DNA of 64,000 nt from Verrucomicrobiota bacterium (GTDB lineage: Bacteria > Verrucomicrobiota > Verrucomicrobiia > Chthoniobacterales > UBA10450): assembly GCA_003218535.1 (NCBI GenBank), contig QHNV01000080.1:9532-73531 (forward strand), read 5' to 3'. The notes under the pieces were generated by a model, which was not told where the DNA came from, searched no databases, and worked only from the letters and a program-made list of their open reading frames with translations. The stretch's first letter is position 1. Each line of letters opens with the position of its first letter. Below are positions 21,329-31,557 of this stretch, piece by piece. The translations under genes and the position numbers were made by a program.

Positions 21329-22854
21329 ATGAGAATCTGCGTTGCGCTGGCTCTCATTGCCCTGTCGTTAGGCCACCTGCGGTCAGAAACTGAGTCGTTG
21401 GATAAACTGGCGTACGATTTCTGGAACTGGCGCGAAAAATATGCGCCGTTCACCGGCGATGATGTGAACCGCGTCGAGCGACCGGGCGGCACGCGCGACT
21501 GGTCTCGCGCGTGCGTTGGGAACTCGATATCAACCCGCGTTGGAAACGCGACCCCAACTTTTACATCGAGCAAACACTCACCCCGATTGTTGAAGCGCTC
21601 ACTACGCCAGGACCGTACAACGCTGCACAATCTCGTGAGATTGTTACGCGGATCGAAAATATTCGCCCCATCCTGCATCAGGGAGAAGAGAACCTGGTGA
21701 ATCCGCCGAGGCCGTTTGCGACCGTCGCCGTGCAAGCGCTCGAGAATATTCGGCCACGACTGCGCGAAATGGCGGCCGCGCTTCTAACATTCACAACTCT
21801 CAAACCGCAAGAATTGAACGGTGCGACCGATCGTGCGGCGGACGCGCTGGAAGAATTTCGGCGGTGGCTCCAAGAAAAATTGCCATCGCTTCCGCAACAA
21901 ACTGCGCTCGGTCGCGATGCCTACGCTTTCTTTCTGCTAAATGTGGCGCTGCTTCCCTACTCGCCTGAGCGAGTTCTGGCGATGGGACGACAGGAATGGA
22001 ATCGCGCCGTTTCGTTTGAAGCCTTCGAAAAGCAACGGAATAAAGATCTGCCGCCCCTGAAGCTGGCGGATAACATCGATAACTGGATCGTCGACGCGGC
22101 AGCAAAGGAATCGTCGATCCGAAAATTTCTCGACGAACGCGGGATTCTCACCGTTCCCAACTGGATTCAACACTACACTCTGCGACCAATGCCAGAATAT
22201 TTGAGGGCGCTGCAAGGATTCGGTGAAATTGACGATTTCACTTCTCCATCGCGATTAAATCAAAATTGCATTCGTTATGTGACCGAGCCTTCAGCCAAAC
22301 TCGGTTTCTTCTGGCGCGCGACTGCCGAAGACCCGCGGCCGATCTGTGTTCACGAAGGACTTCCCGGCCACTACCTCCAACTTTGCCTTTCTTGGAAACA
22401 CGAAGACAAGATCAGACGGCATTACTACGATTCCGGGGCTAACGAAGGGATTGGTTTTTACGCCGAGGAAATGATGTTGGAGGCCGGGCTCTTTGATGAC
22501 AGCCCGCATACGCGCGAGATCATTTACAATTTCATGCGACTGCGCGCGCTGCGCGTGGAAGTGGACGTAAAGCTCGCGCTCGGTGAATTCACCCTCGATC
22601 AAGCGGCGAAATATTTGCAGGAGAAAGTTCCGATAGACGCACAGACCGCGCGTCAGGAGGCAATTGCATTTTCAACTGGTCCCGGCCAAGCGATCGCCTA
22701 TCAGATCGGCAAACTTCAGATCTTGAACTTTCTCGCTGACGCGCGCATGCAGCAGGGCGACAAATTCAATCTCCGCGCGTTCCACGATTTCCTTTGGAAA
22801 AACGGCAACGTCCCGATTGCGTTGCAGCAGTGGGAATATTTGGGCGAAAAATAG
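21329..22854 (+). pseudogene. DUF885 family protein, apparently frameshifted near 21505
   Basis: The 21511 frame carries the DUF885 body (HEGLPGHYLQL). A separate upstream frame (21329..) carries a signal peptide and a plausible N-terminus (MRICVALALIALSLG...DWSRA) before drifting out of frame. Confidence 0.6.
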
Positions 22855-23033
22855 GCTGGCGGGTTCGCTCGCCCTACCGCGGGAAGAATTCGTTCAGAGT
22901 GCGAGTATATCCTCTCTTGAAACGCGCTTGCCTTACGTCCTGCGAATAGAGATATTACGAACTAAAGATGCGATCTTCGAAAAGTAAGAGCGTCACAAAA
23001 AAGTGAAAATTTTTTTCTCGACTCACAACTTCT

Positions 23034-23057
23034 CGATTTCCGATAATCGGAAACTCG
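23034..23057. promoter_or_regulatory. 24-bp near-perfect palindrome (candidate operator) 37 nt upstream of exbB
   Basis: cgatTTTCCGATAATCGGAAActcg. The 17-bp core 23037..23053 is a perfect inverted repeat containing GATAAT. Confidence 0.4.
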
Positions 23058-23094
23058 TATCTAATCGAGCCATTCACCAACGGGTGCTTCCACT

Positions 23095-24054
23095 ATGAAA
23101 ACATCACTAATTATCTGCCTATCTTCGCTCGCGCTCGCCCTAACTTTGCTTGCGCAATCTCCCGCCGCGCCACAAACATCTCCACCTGGAGCTCCGGCTA
23201 CAAGTCCGGCGGCGGGCGCCCCGGTGAATCCCGCCGCGCCGGCACAGCTACCACCTGGGGCAACCGCCCCTGCCCCTCCTGCTGGGGCTGCCGCGCCCGA
23301 AGCGACGGTCACGGCTACGTTAAGCCCTGCGCCAACCGCATCGGCAAGCCCCTCGCCGGCGGCTGAAGCGAGTGGCGGCGTACTCGGGAGCAATTGGTTG
23401 ATCGACAAGTTCCGCAAGGGCGGTCCAATCATGTGGCCGATTTTGATTGTATCGATCATCGGGCTCACTGTGGTGATCGAGCGAATTTTTTGGTGGACCG
23501 GCCGCTGGTTTCGTCGTGATCCCAAACGGATCGAGAAAGTGTTTACCGCGATTGAGCAAAACGATGTCGCGGAGGCCTCGAGGCTTTCCCGCGGATCGCG
23601 CGATCCCGTTTTGCGCATGATGTGGAATGGTCTCAATCACCAACACGCCTCGTTGCAGGGCGCACTACAGGTCGCTGCGGGCATCGAGATCAAACGCGCC
23701 GGTCGATTCCTCGTCGTCATGGACACGCTCGTAACTTTGGCGCCGTTGCTTGGTCTGTTGGGCACGATTACCGGTCTTATTAGGTCGTTCAGCTTTCTCG
23801 GCAACGAAGAGCTGGCGGTGCAAGCTGTCACCGGCGGCATCGCCGAGGCGCTCATTGCCACAGCCTGCGGTCTCGGTATTGCCATCTTCGCACTGATTCC
23901 GTTTAACTTTTTCACTTCCCGGGTGTCTAACTTGGAGTTCGAATTGCAGACGGCAGCCACAAACTTGGAAGTGATGTTAGGAGCACAAACCGCGGCGCGC
24001 GAAATGGAGTTCGCAGGGCAAGCCAAACCCTCTGGGAAAGGCTCGTCGATTTAA
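23095..24054 (+). CDS. exbB: MotA/TolQ/ExbB proton-channel protein with signal peptide and Pro/Ala-rich N-terminal extension
   Basis: C-terminal 200 aa is ExbB-like (GGPIMWPILIVSIIGLTVVIER..., LAPLLGLLGTITGLI). The first ~100 aa are a signal peptide plus a PA-rich stretch. Confidence 0.85.
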   Translation: MKTSLIICLSSLALALTLLAQSPAAPQTSPPGAPATSPAAGAPVNPAAPAQLPPGATAPAPPAGAAAPEATVTATLSPAPTASASPSPAAEASGGVLGSNWLIDKFRKGGPIMWPILIVSIIGLTVVIERIFWWTGRWFRRDPKRIEKVFTAIEQNDVAEASRLSRGSRDPVLRMMWNGLNHQHASLQGALQVAAGIEIKRAGRFLVVMDTLVTLAPLLGLLGTITGLIRSFSFLGNEELAVQAVTGGIAEALIATACGLGIAIFALIPFNFFTSRVSNLEFELQTAATNLEVMLGAQTAAREMEFAGQAKPSGKGSSI

Positions 24055-24063
24055 AGGTATCCA

Positions 24064-24498
24064 ATGTACGTAAGCTCGCCAATTCCTCACAAAAAAGCGC
24101 GGATCGAGATCATCCCATTGATCGACATCATGTTCTTTTTGCTCGCCAGCTTCATGATGGTGAGCCTGAGCCAGGTGCACTTGAAAGGGATCAAGGTGAA
24201 CCTGCCCTCAGGTGTTTCGGGTGAAACGCAGACAAAGCGCGAGTACGTGAGCGTCTCTGTTGATAAAGACGGTCATTACTTTTTTGATAAGGACGAAGTC
24301 GGTGACGACGAACTCCTAAATCGGCTGCGGACGGCGCATCAATCGGCGCCTGACGCGAAGGTGTTCCTTCGGGGCGATCGCGACTCGGCCCACCTGAACG
24401 TTGCCCATGCCCTCGATATAATCCGCTCGTCCGGCTACTATAAAGTCTCGTTCGAAATTAAGAGCGAATCGCTCAAAGGAGTCCCAGGACCCCGGTGA
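24064..24498 (+). CDS. exbD: ExbD/TolR biopolymer transport protein
   Basis: IEIIPLIDIMFFLLASFMMVS TM segment followed by an ExbD periplasmic domain. 144 aa. Confidence 0.88.
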   Translation: MYVSSPIPHKKARIEIIPLIDIMFFLLASFMMVSLSQVHLKGIKVNLPSGVSGETQTKREYVSVSVDKDGHYFFDKDEVGDDELLNRLRTAHQSAPDAKVFLRGDRDSAHLNVAHALDIIRSSGYYKVSFEIKSESLKGVPGPR

Positions 24499-24504
24499 TT
24501 TGGT

Positions 24505-25119
24505 ATGCCAGTAACGAAAGTAAAACCACTATTTTACCGACCACCACCCCCGTGGTTTTTCTGGACCGCGTTTGGCGTTGCGGTAGGGATCCACCTCACG
24601 GCCGTTGCACTGGCTCAAAAGCGCGAGGCTGTTGCAGTAGAGCTTCCTCCTCAACCGCCGCAGGTCGTCGAGGCGACGTTGGCCCCACCGGAGGCCACGC
24701 CGCCGCCGGAAGACATTCCGTTGCCGGAGCCGCCTCCGCCGCCCGAGATTAAGCCGGAGTTCGTCGAGGAAAGAACACCGCCACCGCGGCCACCGCCATC
24801 CGCGCAACAACCAAAATTCACGCCCATTAAGGCTGCCGCACTATCGATGTCCCAAGCAAAAGCGTACGCCGTTTACAATCCGCGACCGCCATACCCGTAC
24901 GAGGCGCGCGCACACAAGATCATGGGAAGTGGAGTGATCACCGTGGACGTTGACGCCGCAAGTGGCAATGTGACTAACGCCAGTGTCACGCAAAGCATTG
25001 GGAACTCTATACTAGATGACGCCGCGGTGAGCACCTTCCGACGTTGGAGATTTAGACCCGGCTCAGTGTCCAAGGTCAGGATTCCCATCACCTTCACCAT
25101 GACAGGCGCCTCGTACTAG
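24505..25119 (+). CDS. tonB: energy transducer TonB
   Basis: N-terminal TM, Pro-rich spacer (PPEATPPPEDIPLPEPPPPPEIKPE), C-terminal TonB fold (YPYEARAHKIMGSGVITVDVDASGNV...LDDAAVSTFRRWRFRP). Confidence 0.85.
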   Translation: MPVTKVKPLFYRPPPPWFFWTAFGVAVGIHLTAVALAQKREAVAVELPPQPPQVVEATLAPPEATPPPEDIPLPEPPPPPEIKPEFVEERTPPPRPPPSAQQPKFTPIKAAALSMSQAKAYAVYNPRPPYPYEARAHKIMGSGVITVDVDAASGNVTNASVTQSIGNSILDDAAVSTFRRWRFRPGSVSKVRIPITFTMTGASY

Positions 25120-25129
25120 ATTCCACAAT

Positions 25130-25606
25130 ATGAGACTAGCTTCACCAGTTCCGCACAAACGAGCGCGCATTGAGATCATTCCACTCATCGACATCATGTT
25201 CTTTTTGCTCGCCAGCTTTATGATGGTAAGCCTGAGCCAGACTCACATGAAAGGCATTCGGGTCAATTTGCCAGCTGCAAAGGGGCCTCCGCCAAGCGGA
25301 GTAAAGGATTTCGTCTCCGTAAAAGTTCTCGAGGGAAACGCGGTGTTTTTCGATAACCAGTACGTCCCAGAAGACCAAGTCCTCCCGCGACTTTTTGACC
25401 TCCACCGGGGAAATCCTGACATCAAAATCTCAATCAGCGCAGCGCCGACGGCCGTGTACGGCGATGTCATCGGAGTCCTAGACAAAGTTCGCCAGGTCGG
25501 AATTACAAAAGTGGGATATCAAATCAGGGCAGCCGCTGGTCCTGGGGGTGCGGCTCCGCCTCCAGGGGCCCCACCTGCCGGCGCTCCGGCGCCACCTGGG
25601 CCTTAG
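25130..25606 (+). CDS. exbD: ExbD/TolR paralog with Pro/Ala-rich tail
   Basis: N-terminus is almost identical to the upstream ExbD (IEIIPLIDIMFFLLASFMMVSLSQ). The periplasmic domain has diverged. Confidence 0.85.
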   Translation: MRLASPVPHKRARIEIIPLIDIMFFLLASFMMVSLSQTHMKGIRVNLPAAKGPPPSGVKDFVSVKVLEGNAVFFDNQYVPEDQVLPRLFDLHRGNPDIKISISAAPTAVYGDVIGVLDKVRQVGITKVGYQIRAAAGPGGAAPPPGAPPAGAPAPPGP

Positions 25607-26199
25607 CCACGCGTCTTAAGAGGTGCAAGGTTAGCGGCGAGGAGGCGAATCGCCTTGGCCCGGTGGCTGATTCTGTTCTTCACTTCCGCAGGCAACCCGG
25701 CAAAAGTCTGTTGGAATCCGCACGGAATGAAAATGGGATCGTAGCCAAATCCGCGCAGCCCCCGCGCTTGCTCCGTTATTGTTCCCTCGACAATTCCTTC
25801 GAATGTCCCGAGCAGTTCACCCCTCCGCGCGAGCGCAATCACGCAACGGAAGCGCGCTGATCGCTTCGCCCTCGGCTCGATTCGTGCAAGCGCGCCCAGT
25901 AACTTTTGGATGTTTTGTTTATCGCTTGCCTCGTGGCCCGCGTAACGCGCCGAAAATACTCCAGGCGCGCCACCAAGCGCATCGACTTCCAGTCCCGAAT
26001 CATCTGCGACAACGAGCCCCGGAAAATACTTGGAAATGGCGACTGCTTTCAGTGTCGCATTTTCTTCGAACGATTTTCCGCTTTCGTGTACCTCGGGAAT
26101 CTCATGCGAGCACAGATCGCTGACGGCGAAGCCAGGTCCGAGAATCTGTCGAATCTCGCGCGTCTTGTGCGCGTTGCGTGTAGCCACCAGTAAATCCAT
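25603..26199 (-). CDS. rdgB: dITP/XTP pyrophosphatase (RdgB/HAM1)
   Basis: ATG 26199 with an [24 protein letters not shown]..., ...GFGYDPIF... Confidence 0.88.
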   Translation of the reverse strand: MDLLVATRNAHKTREIRQILGPGFAVSDLCSHEIPEVHESGKSFEENATLKAVAISKYFPGLVVADDSGLEVDALGGAPGVFSARYAGHEASDKQNIQKLLGALARIEPRAKRSARFRCVIALARRGELLGTFEGIVEGTITEQARGLRGFGYDPIFIPCGFQQTFAGLPAEVKNRISHRAKAIRLLAANLAPLKTRG

Positions 26200-26242
26200 T
26201 TTCTTTTCCTGCTTTCCTGCTTTGCTAAGAAATAGTCTCGAC

Positions 26243-28807
26243 ATGAGTAGTGAGCGCCGCAAACCGTACCCATTCCATCAGATCGAACCAAAATGGCAGG
26301 CGATCTGGAAAGAGCGGCAGCGTTTTCATGCACCAAATCCCGGCGACAAAAATTTCGACCAATCGAAGCCGAAGTTCTACATCCTCGACATGTTCCCATA
26401 CCCGAGCGGAGCAGGTCTGCACGTCGGGCATCCAGAAGGCTATACGGCCACCGATATTGTCGCTCGTTACAAACGGATGCGTGGCTTCAATGTTTTGCAT
26501 CCGATGGGTTGGGACGCATTTGGATTACCGGCGGAACAATATGCGATCAAAACCGGAAAACATCCAGCGATCACGACGCGGGAGAACGTAGCGAAATTTA
26601 AGAGACAGCTCCAACGCATCGGTTTTTCCTATGATTGGCAGCGAGAGATCAACACCACCGATCCGCGCTACTACAAGTGGACGCAGTGGATTTTTCTCCA
26701 GATTTACAATTCATGGTTTAATCCCGCGACTCATAAAGCAGAGCCGATTTCAACTTATCGCGGCGAAAATCCCGATGAGGTTCGGCTCGCTTACGTCGCT
26801 GATGTGCCAGTGAATTGGTGCCCCGAGCTGGGCACGGTTCTGGCTAATGAAGAAGTTGTCGATGGAAAAAGCGAGCTTGGTGGCTTTCCAGTTGTCCGCC
26901 GACCAATGCGCCAATGGATGTTGCGAATTACCGCCTATGCCGAGCGACTCCTAAACGAACTGGAACGACTCGATTGGCCAGAGGCAATTAAGTTACTCCA
27001 ACGTAATTGGATCGGGCGGAGTGAAGGCACCGAAATCGATTTTGAGATCGCGGATCGTGGATCGCGGAGTACGGATAGCAGAATCCGGGTTTTCACAACG
27101 CGCCCTGACACGCTCTATGGCGCTACTTACATGGTGCTCGCGCCCGAACATTCACTTGTCGATCTAATCGTGACCGAAGAGCAATGGCCTGCTATTCGCG
27201 AATATCGCGCGCGTGCGGCGCAGAAGAGCGATCTGGAGCGAACGGACCTCGCGAAAGAAAAAACCGGCGTTTTCACCGGCGCCTACGCAGTCAATCCCGT
27301 GAACAACGAGCGAATTCCAATCTGGGTCGCTGATTATGTGCTGCTCGGTTACGGCACGGGCGCAATCATGGGTGTGCCCGCGCACGACCAGCGCGATCTA
27401 GAGTTTGCCCAGAAGTTCGATTTACCGATTCGCGAAGTCGTGCAGCCCCCAGGCGACGAAAATCCGATCGGATTCGTCGGTGAGGGGATTGCGATCAATT
27501 CGCCGATAATTGAGGGCCTGCCGACTGGCGAAGCCAAAAAGAAAATTACCAAATGGCTTGAGCAACACGATGCCGGTAAAGGCGCGATCAATTACAAACT
27601 GCGCGATTGGCTGTTTTCGCGCCAGCGTTACTGGGGCGAGCCGCTTCCCATTCTTTGGAAGAGCGGAAAGCACGAAGCACTCAGCGAAAATGAACTGCCA
27701 GTGGTTCCGCCACTGCTGGACGATTACAAGCCGACCGGGACAGGCGAACCTCCGCTGGCAAAGGCGAAAGATTGGGTTCGCTATTCCGACAGAGCGTTGC
27801 GCGAGACGAATACCATGCCGCAATGGGCAGGCTCATGCTGGTATTACCTGAGATTCTGCGATCCGGGTAACGACAAACGCTTTGTCGGCGAAAAAGCGGA
27901 ACGTTACTGGATGGGCAGTGCGAAACCCGGTGGCGTGGACCTCTACGTCGGCGGCACCGAGCACGCCGTGTTGCATCTGCTCTACGCGCGTTTCTGGCAC
28001 AAGGTGTTATTCGATCTCGGCTATGTTTCCAAACCGGAACCTTTTCAGCGATTAGTGAACCAGGGAATCATCCTGGGCGAGGACAACCAAAAGATGTCCA
28101 AGTCGCGCGGGAACATCGTCAATCCCGACGACGTGATCGACCAGTACGGCACAGACGCTTTCCGCTGTTACGAGATGTTTATGGGACCGCTGGAGCAAAT
28201 GAAACCCTGGAGCATGCGCGGCGTCGAAGGCGTGGCGCGCTTCCTCGCGCGCGTTTGGCGATTGTTCGTGGTAGAAAATCAGGAAGGCAACTGGGTGTTA
28301 TCCGGAAGAATCATACAGGTCGATCCAAAAAAGGCGCAGCGGAAGATGACCCATGCCACCATCAAGAAAGTTACTGAAGATATCGAGTCATTTTCGTTTA
28401 ACACCGCCATCTCGCAGATGATGATTTTTGTAAACGAATTTACCAATGCAGAAACGATTCCTTTATCAGCAATGCGCACATTTCTCGTTCTGCTCAATCC
28501 ATTTGCGCCGCATCTCACTTCTGAACTTTGGGAAAGATTAAACGCAAAGTTTCGAGACGATCTCCGCGACATAACCGAACAAGAATGGCCAGGCTACGAC
28601 CAGCGATTCCTAGTCGAAGATGACGTTGAAATCGCCATCCAAGTGAACGGAAAAGTGCGGGACCGGATGAGAATGTCGACCTCGGCCACCCATAACGAGA
28701 TCAAGACCGCTGCCCTCACGAATCCTAAGATTCAAAAATTCACTACGGGCAAGGTCGTCCGCAATGTCGTTGTCGTCCCCAAAAGGCTGGTGAACATCGT
28801 CGTATGA
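26243..28807 (+). CDS. leuS: leucyl-tRNA synthetase
   Basis: ATG 26243. HIGH-type motif ([16 protein letters not shown]), KMSKS present (QKMSKSRGN). ~854 aa. Confidence 0.96.
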   Translation: MSSERRKPYPFHQIEPKWQAIWKERQRFHAPNPGDKNFDQSKPKFYILDMFPYPSGAGLHVGHPEGYTATDIVARYKRMRGFNVLHPMGWDAFGLPAEQYAIKTGKHPAITTRENVAKFKRQLQRIGFSYDWQREINTTDPRYYKWTQWIFLQIYNSWFNPATHKAEPISTYRGENPDEVRLAYVADVPVNWCPELGTVLANEEVVDGKSELGGFPVVRRPMRQWMLRITAYAERLLNELERLDWPEAIKLLQRNWIGRSEGTEIDFEIADRGSRSTDSRIRVFTTRPDTLYGATYMVLAPEHSLVDLIVTEEQWPAIREYRARAAQKSDLERTDLAKEKTGVFTGAYAVNPVNNERIPIWVADYVLLGYGTGAIMGVPAHDQRDLEFAQKFDLPIREVVQPPGDENPIGFVGEGIAINSPIIEGLPTGEAKKKITKWLEQHDAGKGAINYKLRDWLFSRQRYWGEPLPILWKSGKHEALSENELPVVPPLLDDYKPTGTGEPPLAKAKDWVRYSDRALRETNTMPQWAGSCWYYLRFCDPGNDKRFVGEKAERYWMGSAKPGGVDLYVGGTEHAVLHLLYARFWHKVLFDLGYVSKPEPFQRLVNQGIILGEDNQKMSKSRGNIVNPDDVIDQYGTDAFRCYEMFMGPLEQMKPWSMRGVEGVARFLARVWRLFVVENQEGNWVLSGRIIQVDPKKAQRKMTHATIKKVTEDIESFSFNTAISQMMIFVNEFTNAETIPLSAMRTFLVLLNPFAPHLTSELWERLNAKFRDDLRDITEQEWPGYDQRFLVEDDVEIAIQVNGKVRDRMRMSTSATHNEIKTAALTNPKIQKFTTGKVVRNVVVVPKRLVNIVV

Positions 28808-29262
28808 AAAAAGTTTGGGAGGATTTCAAAAAATTCGCCATTAAAGGCAATGCAGTCGATCTCGCGGTCGGCGTGATTATCGGAGCAGCCTTCGGTTCGA
28901 CCATCAGCTCGCTGGTCAAAGACGTCATAATGCCGCCGATCAGCCTCCTTACCGGTGGACTCGACTTCTCAAATAAGTTTGTCATTCTGCGTGCGGCCAA
29001 AGACGGCTCGACGGCATTCAATACTCCTGCTGACGCAGCTAAAGCCGGGGCGATTACTTGGAACTATGGGAACTTCATCACGCTTGTGATTAACTTTCTC
29101 ATTATCGCAGGCGCAGTCTTTCTACTCGTCCGGTTAATCACTACAATTAGGGAGCCCGCCGAGAAAGAACCCGATAAGAAGGACTGCCCTGATTGCGCAA
29201 TGAAGATCCCTTTTCAGGCCAAGCGTTGTCCGTATTGCACCAGCGAGCTCTCCTGCTATTGA
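28804..29262 (+). CDS. mscL: large-conductance mechanosensitive channel MscL with C-terminal CxxC...CxxC extension
   Basis: [39 protein letters not shown] is the MscL TM1 signature. The tail reads [27 protein letters not shown] overlap with the leuS stop. Confidence 0.88.
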   Translation: MKKVWEDFKKFAIKGNAVDLAVGVIIGAAFGSTISSLVKDVIMPPISLLTGGLDFSNKFVILRAAKDGSTAFNTPADAAKAGAITWNYGNFITLVINFLIIAGAVFLLVRLITTIREPAEKEPDKKDCPDCAMKIPFQAKRCPYCTSELSCY

Positions 29263-29280
29263 GGCCGCAGAACTGCAAAC

Positions 29281-29318
29281 GCAGAAGCGCCTTAACCTAA
29301 ATGCAGAAGCGCCTTAAC
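29281..29318 (+). repeat. 22-bp tandem duplication spanning the start codon of the 3D-domain gene
   Basis: gcagaagcgccttaac occurs at 29281..29296 and again at 29303..29318. The first copy is preceded by ac, the second by at (the ATG). Confidence 0.7.
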
Positions 29319-29810
29319 GTTACATTGGCAGGAATTGTTGCTTGCTTCGTCGTCGGCTGCGCCACGCAGTCAAAACCCAACCTTGCGTCTAAACAACGCG
29401 TGCACAATGTGCGCACAACCGCCTATACTCATAACGAGGGAAGCGGATGCCATAACGCGCTAGACTGTCGCCTTTCCGGCTGCCACGTGATGAGCGCCGC
29501 GTCTGATTGGTCGCGTTTCCCACTCGGCACGCGGTTTCGAATCGCCGACACAAACGAAGAATACGTCATTGACGATTACGGGATGGCGCTCGTCGGCACA
29601 GACACGATCGATCTTTACAAACCGAGCCGCCTCGACATGCACCGCTGGGGCGTTCGTCACGTCGATATCGATGTTTTGCAATGGGGCTCGGAGGAAGAGA
29701 GCTTGAAAGTTCTGACGCCGCGCACCAAACATCGTTGCGTCCGGCAGATGGTCACCAGTTTGCAGCAGAAAAAAGGGCAACAGAAGAAAAAGTTGCTCAC
29801 CAGCCTGTAA
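29301..29810 (+). CDS. 3D-domain lipoprotein (MltA/RlpA-like double-psi barrel)
   Basis: Lipobox LAGIVACFVVGC. VRTTAYTHNEGSG...PLGTRFRIADTNEEYVIDDYGMALVGTDTIDLYKPS fits the 3D domain. Confidence 0.7.
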   Translation: MQKRLNVTLAGIVACFVVGCATQSKPNLASKQRVHNVRTTAYTHNEGSGCHNALDCRLSGCHVMSAASDWSRFPLGTRFRIADTNEEYVIDDYGMALVGTDTIDLYKPSRLDMHRWGVRHVDIDVLQWGSEEESLKVLTPRTKHRCVRQMVTSLQQKKGQQKKKLLTSL

Positions 29811-29892
29811 CCAAAAATCTCAGCAAAAAAGAAGACGTAGCCGGTTACGCTTTCTTTTGACATGGTGTGCAGGCACACCGCAATTTCGCCGG

Positions 29893-30864
29893 ATGAAAGT
29901 TCTCGTCGTTGGCGGCGCTGGCTATATCGGGAGCGTTTGCGCGGAACTGCTTCTCGATGAAGACCACGAAGTAACAGTCTTCGATAATCTCAGCGAAGGC
30001 CACCGTCGCGCCCTAGATCCACGCGCGAAATTTATCCACGGGGAGCTTGCGGATCGCCATCAAATCGAGGCGGCGCTTTACAGCACGCGTGCGGATGCAG
30101 TGATGCACTTTGCCGCAAGCGCGCTCGTAGCCGAATCTATGCGCGATCCGTCGAAATATTTTCGCAATAACATTTCCAACGGCTTGAATCTGCTTGATGC
30201 AATGGTTGCAACGCACGTCGAGCGGATTGTTTTTTCCTCAACCTGCGCGATTTTCGGGCCGCCCGACCGGCTGCCAATCGACGAGACTGCGACGGCGCGC
30301 CCGATCAATCCGTATGGCGAATCCAAATTAGCGTTTGAAAAAATTCTGCGCTGGTACGCCCAGATTTACGATCTGAAGTTCGTTTCGCTGCGGTACTTCA
30401 ACGCAGCCGGCGCGTCGGAAAAACTGGGCGAGGATCACCGCCCGGAGACGCATTTAATTCCAAGCGTGCTCAAAGCGGCGCTTGGACAAAAACCGCATGT
30501 GGAAATTTATGGCACGGATTATGAAACGCCGGACGGCACCTGTATTCGCGATTACATCCACATTGTCGATCTTGCCCGGGCGCATATTCTGGCTTTGAAC
30601 GCAACGAAGAGCGAATTCTACAATCTCGGTACCGGCGGGGGCACCAGCGTCCGCGAAGTGATCAACTCCTGCCTTAAGATCACTGGCCGAAAAATCGAGA
30701 TCGTCGAAAAACCGCGTCGCCCTGGCGATCCACCGCGGCTCATCGCTTCTTCAGAAAAAATTAGGAAGGAACTCGGCTGGCGTCCACAGTTCCAATCGGT
30801 CGACGCGATTATCGATAGCTCCTGGAAGTGGCACCAAAAATTTCCCAGCGGATATCAGGATTAG
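29893..30864 (+). CDS. galE: UDP-glucose 4-epimerase
   Basis: MKVLVVGGAGYIGS Rossmann start, catalytic YGESK, ...DYIHIVDLARAH.... Confidence 0.92.
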   Translation: MKVLVVGGAGYIGSVCAELLLDEDHEVTVFDNLSEGHRRALDPRAKFIHGELADRHQIEAALYSTRADAVMHFAASALVAESMRDPSKYFRNNISNGLNLLDAMVATHVERIVFSSTCAIFGPPDRLPIDETATARPINPYGESKLAFEKILRWYAQIYDLKFVSLRYFNAAGASEKLGEDHRPETHLIPSVLKAALGQKPHVEIYGTDYETPDGTCIRDYIHIVDLARAHILALNATKSEFYNLGTGGGTSVREVINSCLKITGRKIEIVEKPRRPGDPPRLIASSEKIRKELGWRPQFQSVDAIIDSSWKWHQKFPSGYQD

Positions 30865-30913
30865 ATCTATAGGAACAGTCCATAATCGCCGGCGCAACGT
30901 GCGTCGAAGAATG

Positions 30914-30948
30914 AAAAAGCGCCCCCTATAGCGGGCGCTTTTGATTTT
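30914..30948. terminator. bidirectional rho-independent terminator between convergent genes
   Basis: aaaagcgccc-cctatagc-gggcgctttt is a perfect 10-bp stem with A-run and T-run flanks. It lies between galE (+) and the Thr-rich gene (-). Confidence 0.75.
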
Positions 30949-30968
30949 AGACAAACAGCTTTTCGCGA

Positions 30969-31388
30969 TTACGGACTTGTCGTCGTCGTGGTTGTTTCCT
31001 CCTTTTTGTAAATCGTGGTTGGCTGAGCCAACACGATCTTGCGTACCACTACGCGATCATCGACGTCTGTGTAATACACGGTTGCCGGCATGTCCGGTCG
31101 GATTGCCGACCAAGTGACGATGTGACCCTCTGGATCGACAATGGTCGTGTCCTTCGTGTAGTAGTATCGTACCGGGGCCACGCCGGGCGCCGTTTGGAAC
31201 ATGATATAATCCGAATCCGGCGTGTAAGCGGTAATCGTGCCTGCGGTTGATGTCGTGGCAGTCGTGGTGGTGCCAGTCACGGGATCCACGGTCGTTGTGG
31301 TCGTGCTCTCCTGTGCCAGCGCGCTGCCCAGCGCTGCCGCGCAAAGCACGCCTGTTGTCAATATTTTCACTAATCTCGTTTGTTTCAT
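30969..31388 (-). CDS. secreted Thr-rich hypothetical protein
   Basis: Signal peptide MKQTRLVKILTTGVLCAAALGSALA, poly-Thr tracts at both ends, terminator downstream. No family recognised. Confidence 0.5.
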   Translation of the reverse strand: MKQTRLVKILTTGVLCAAALGSALAQESTTTTTVDPVTGTTTTATTSTAGTITAYTPDSDYIMFQTAPGVAPVRYYYTKDTTIVDPEGHIVTWSAIRPDMPATVYYTDVDDRVVVRKIVLAQPTTIYKKEETTTTTTSP

Positions 31389-31557
31389 ATTTGTCCCTCT
31401 GCTTTGATTAAATGGATGTTCTCCATCGCATATGGCTCCGGCCCCTTAATGCCGGAGTTTCTTCAGTTACGCCTTGGTATCGTAAATTCCGCCTCGCACG
31501 GTCGCCTACGGAGCCGTAATTCCCCTTGCATGGCCAGAGCAATGTAAGGGGACATCT

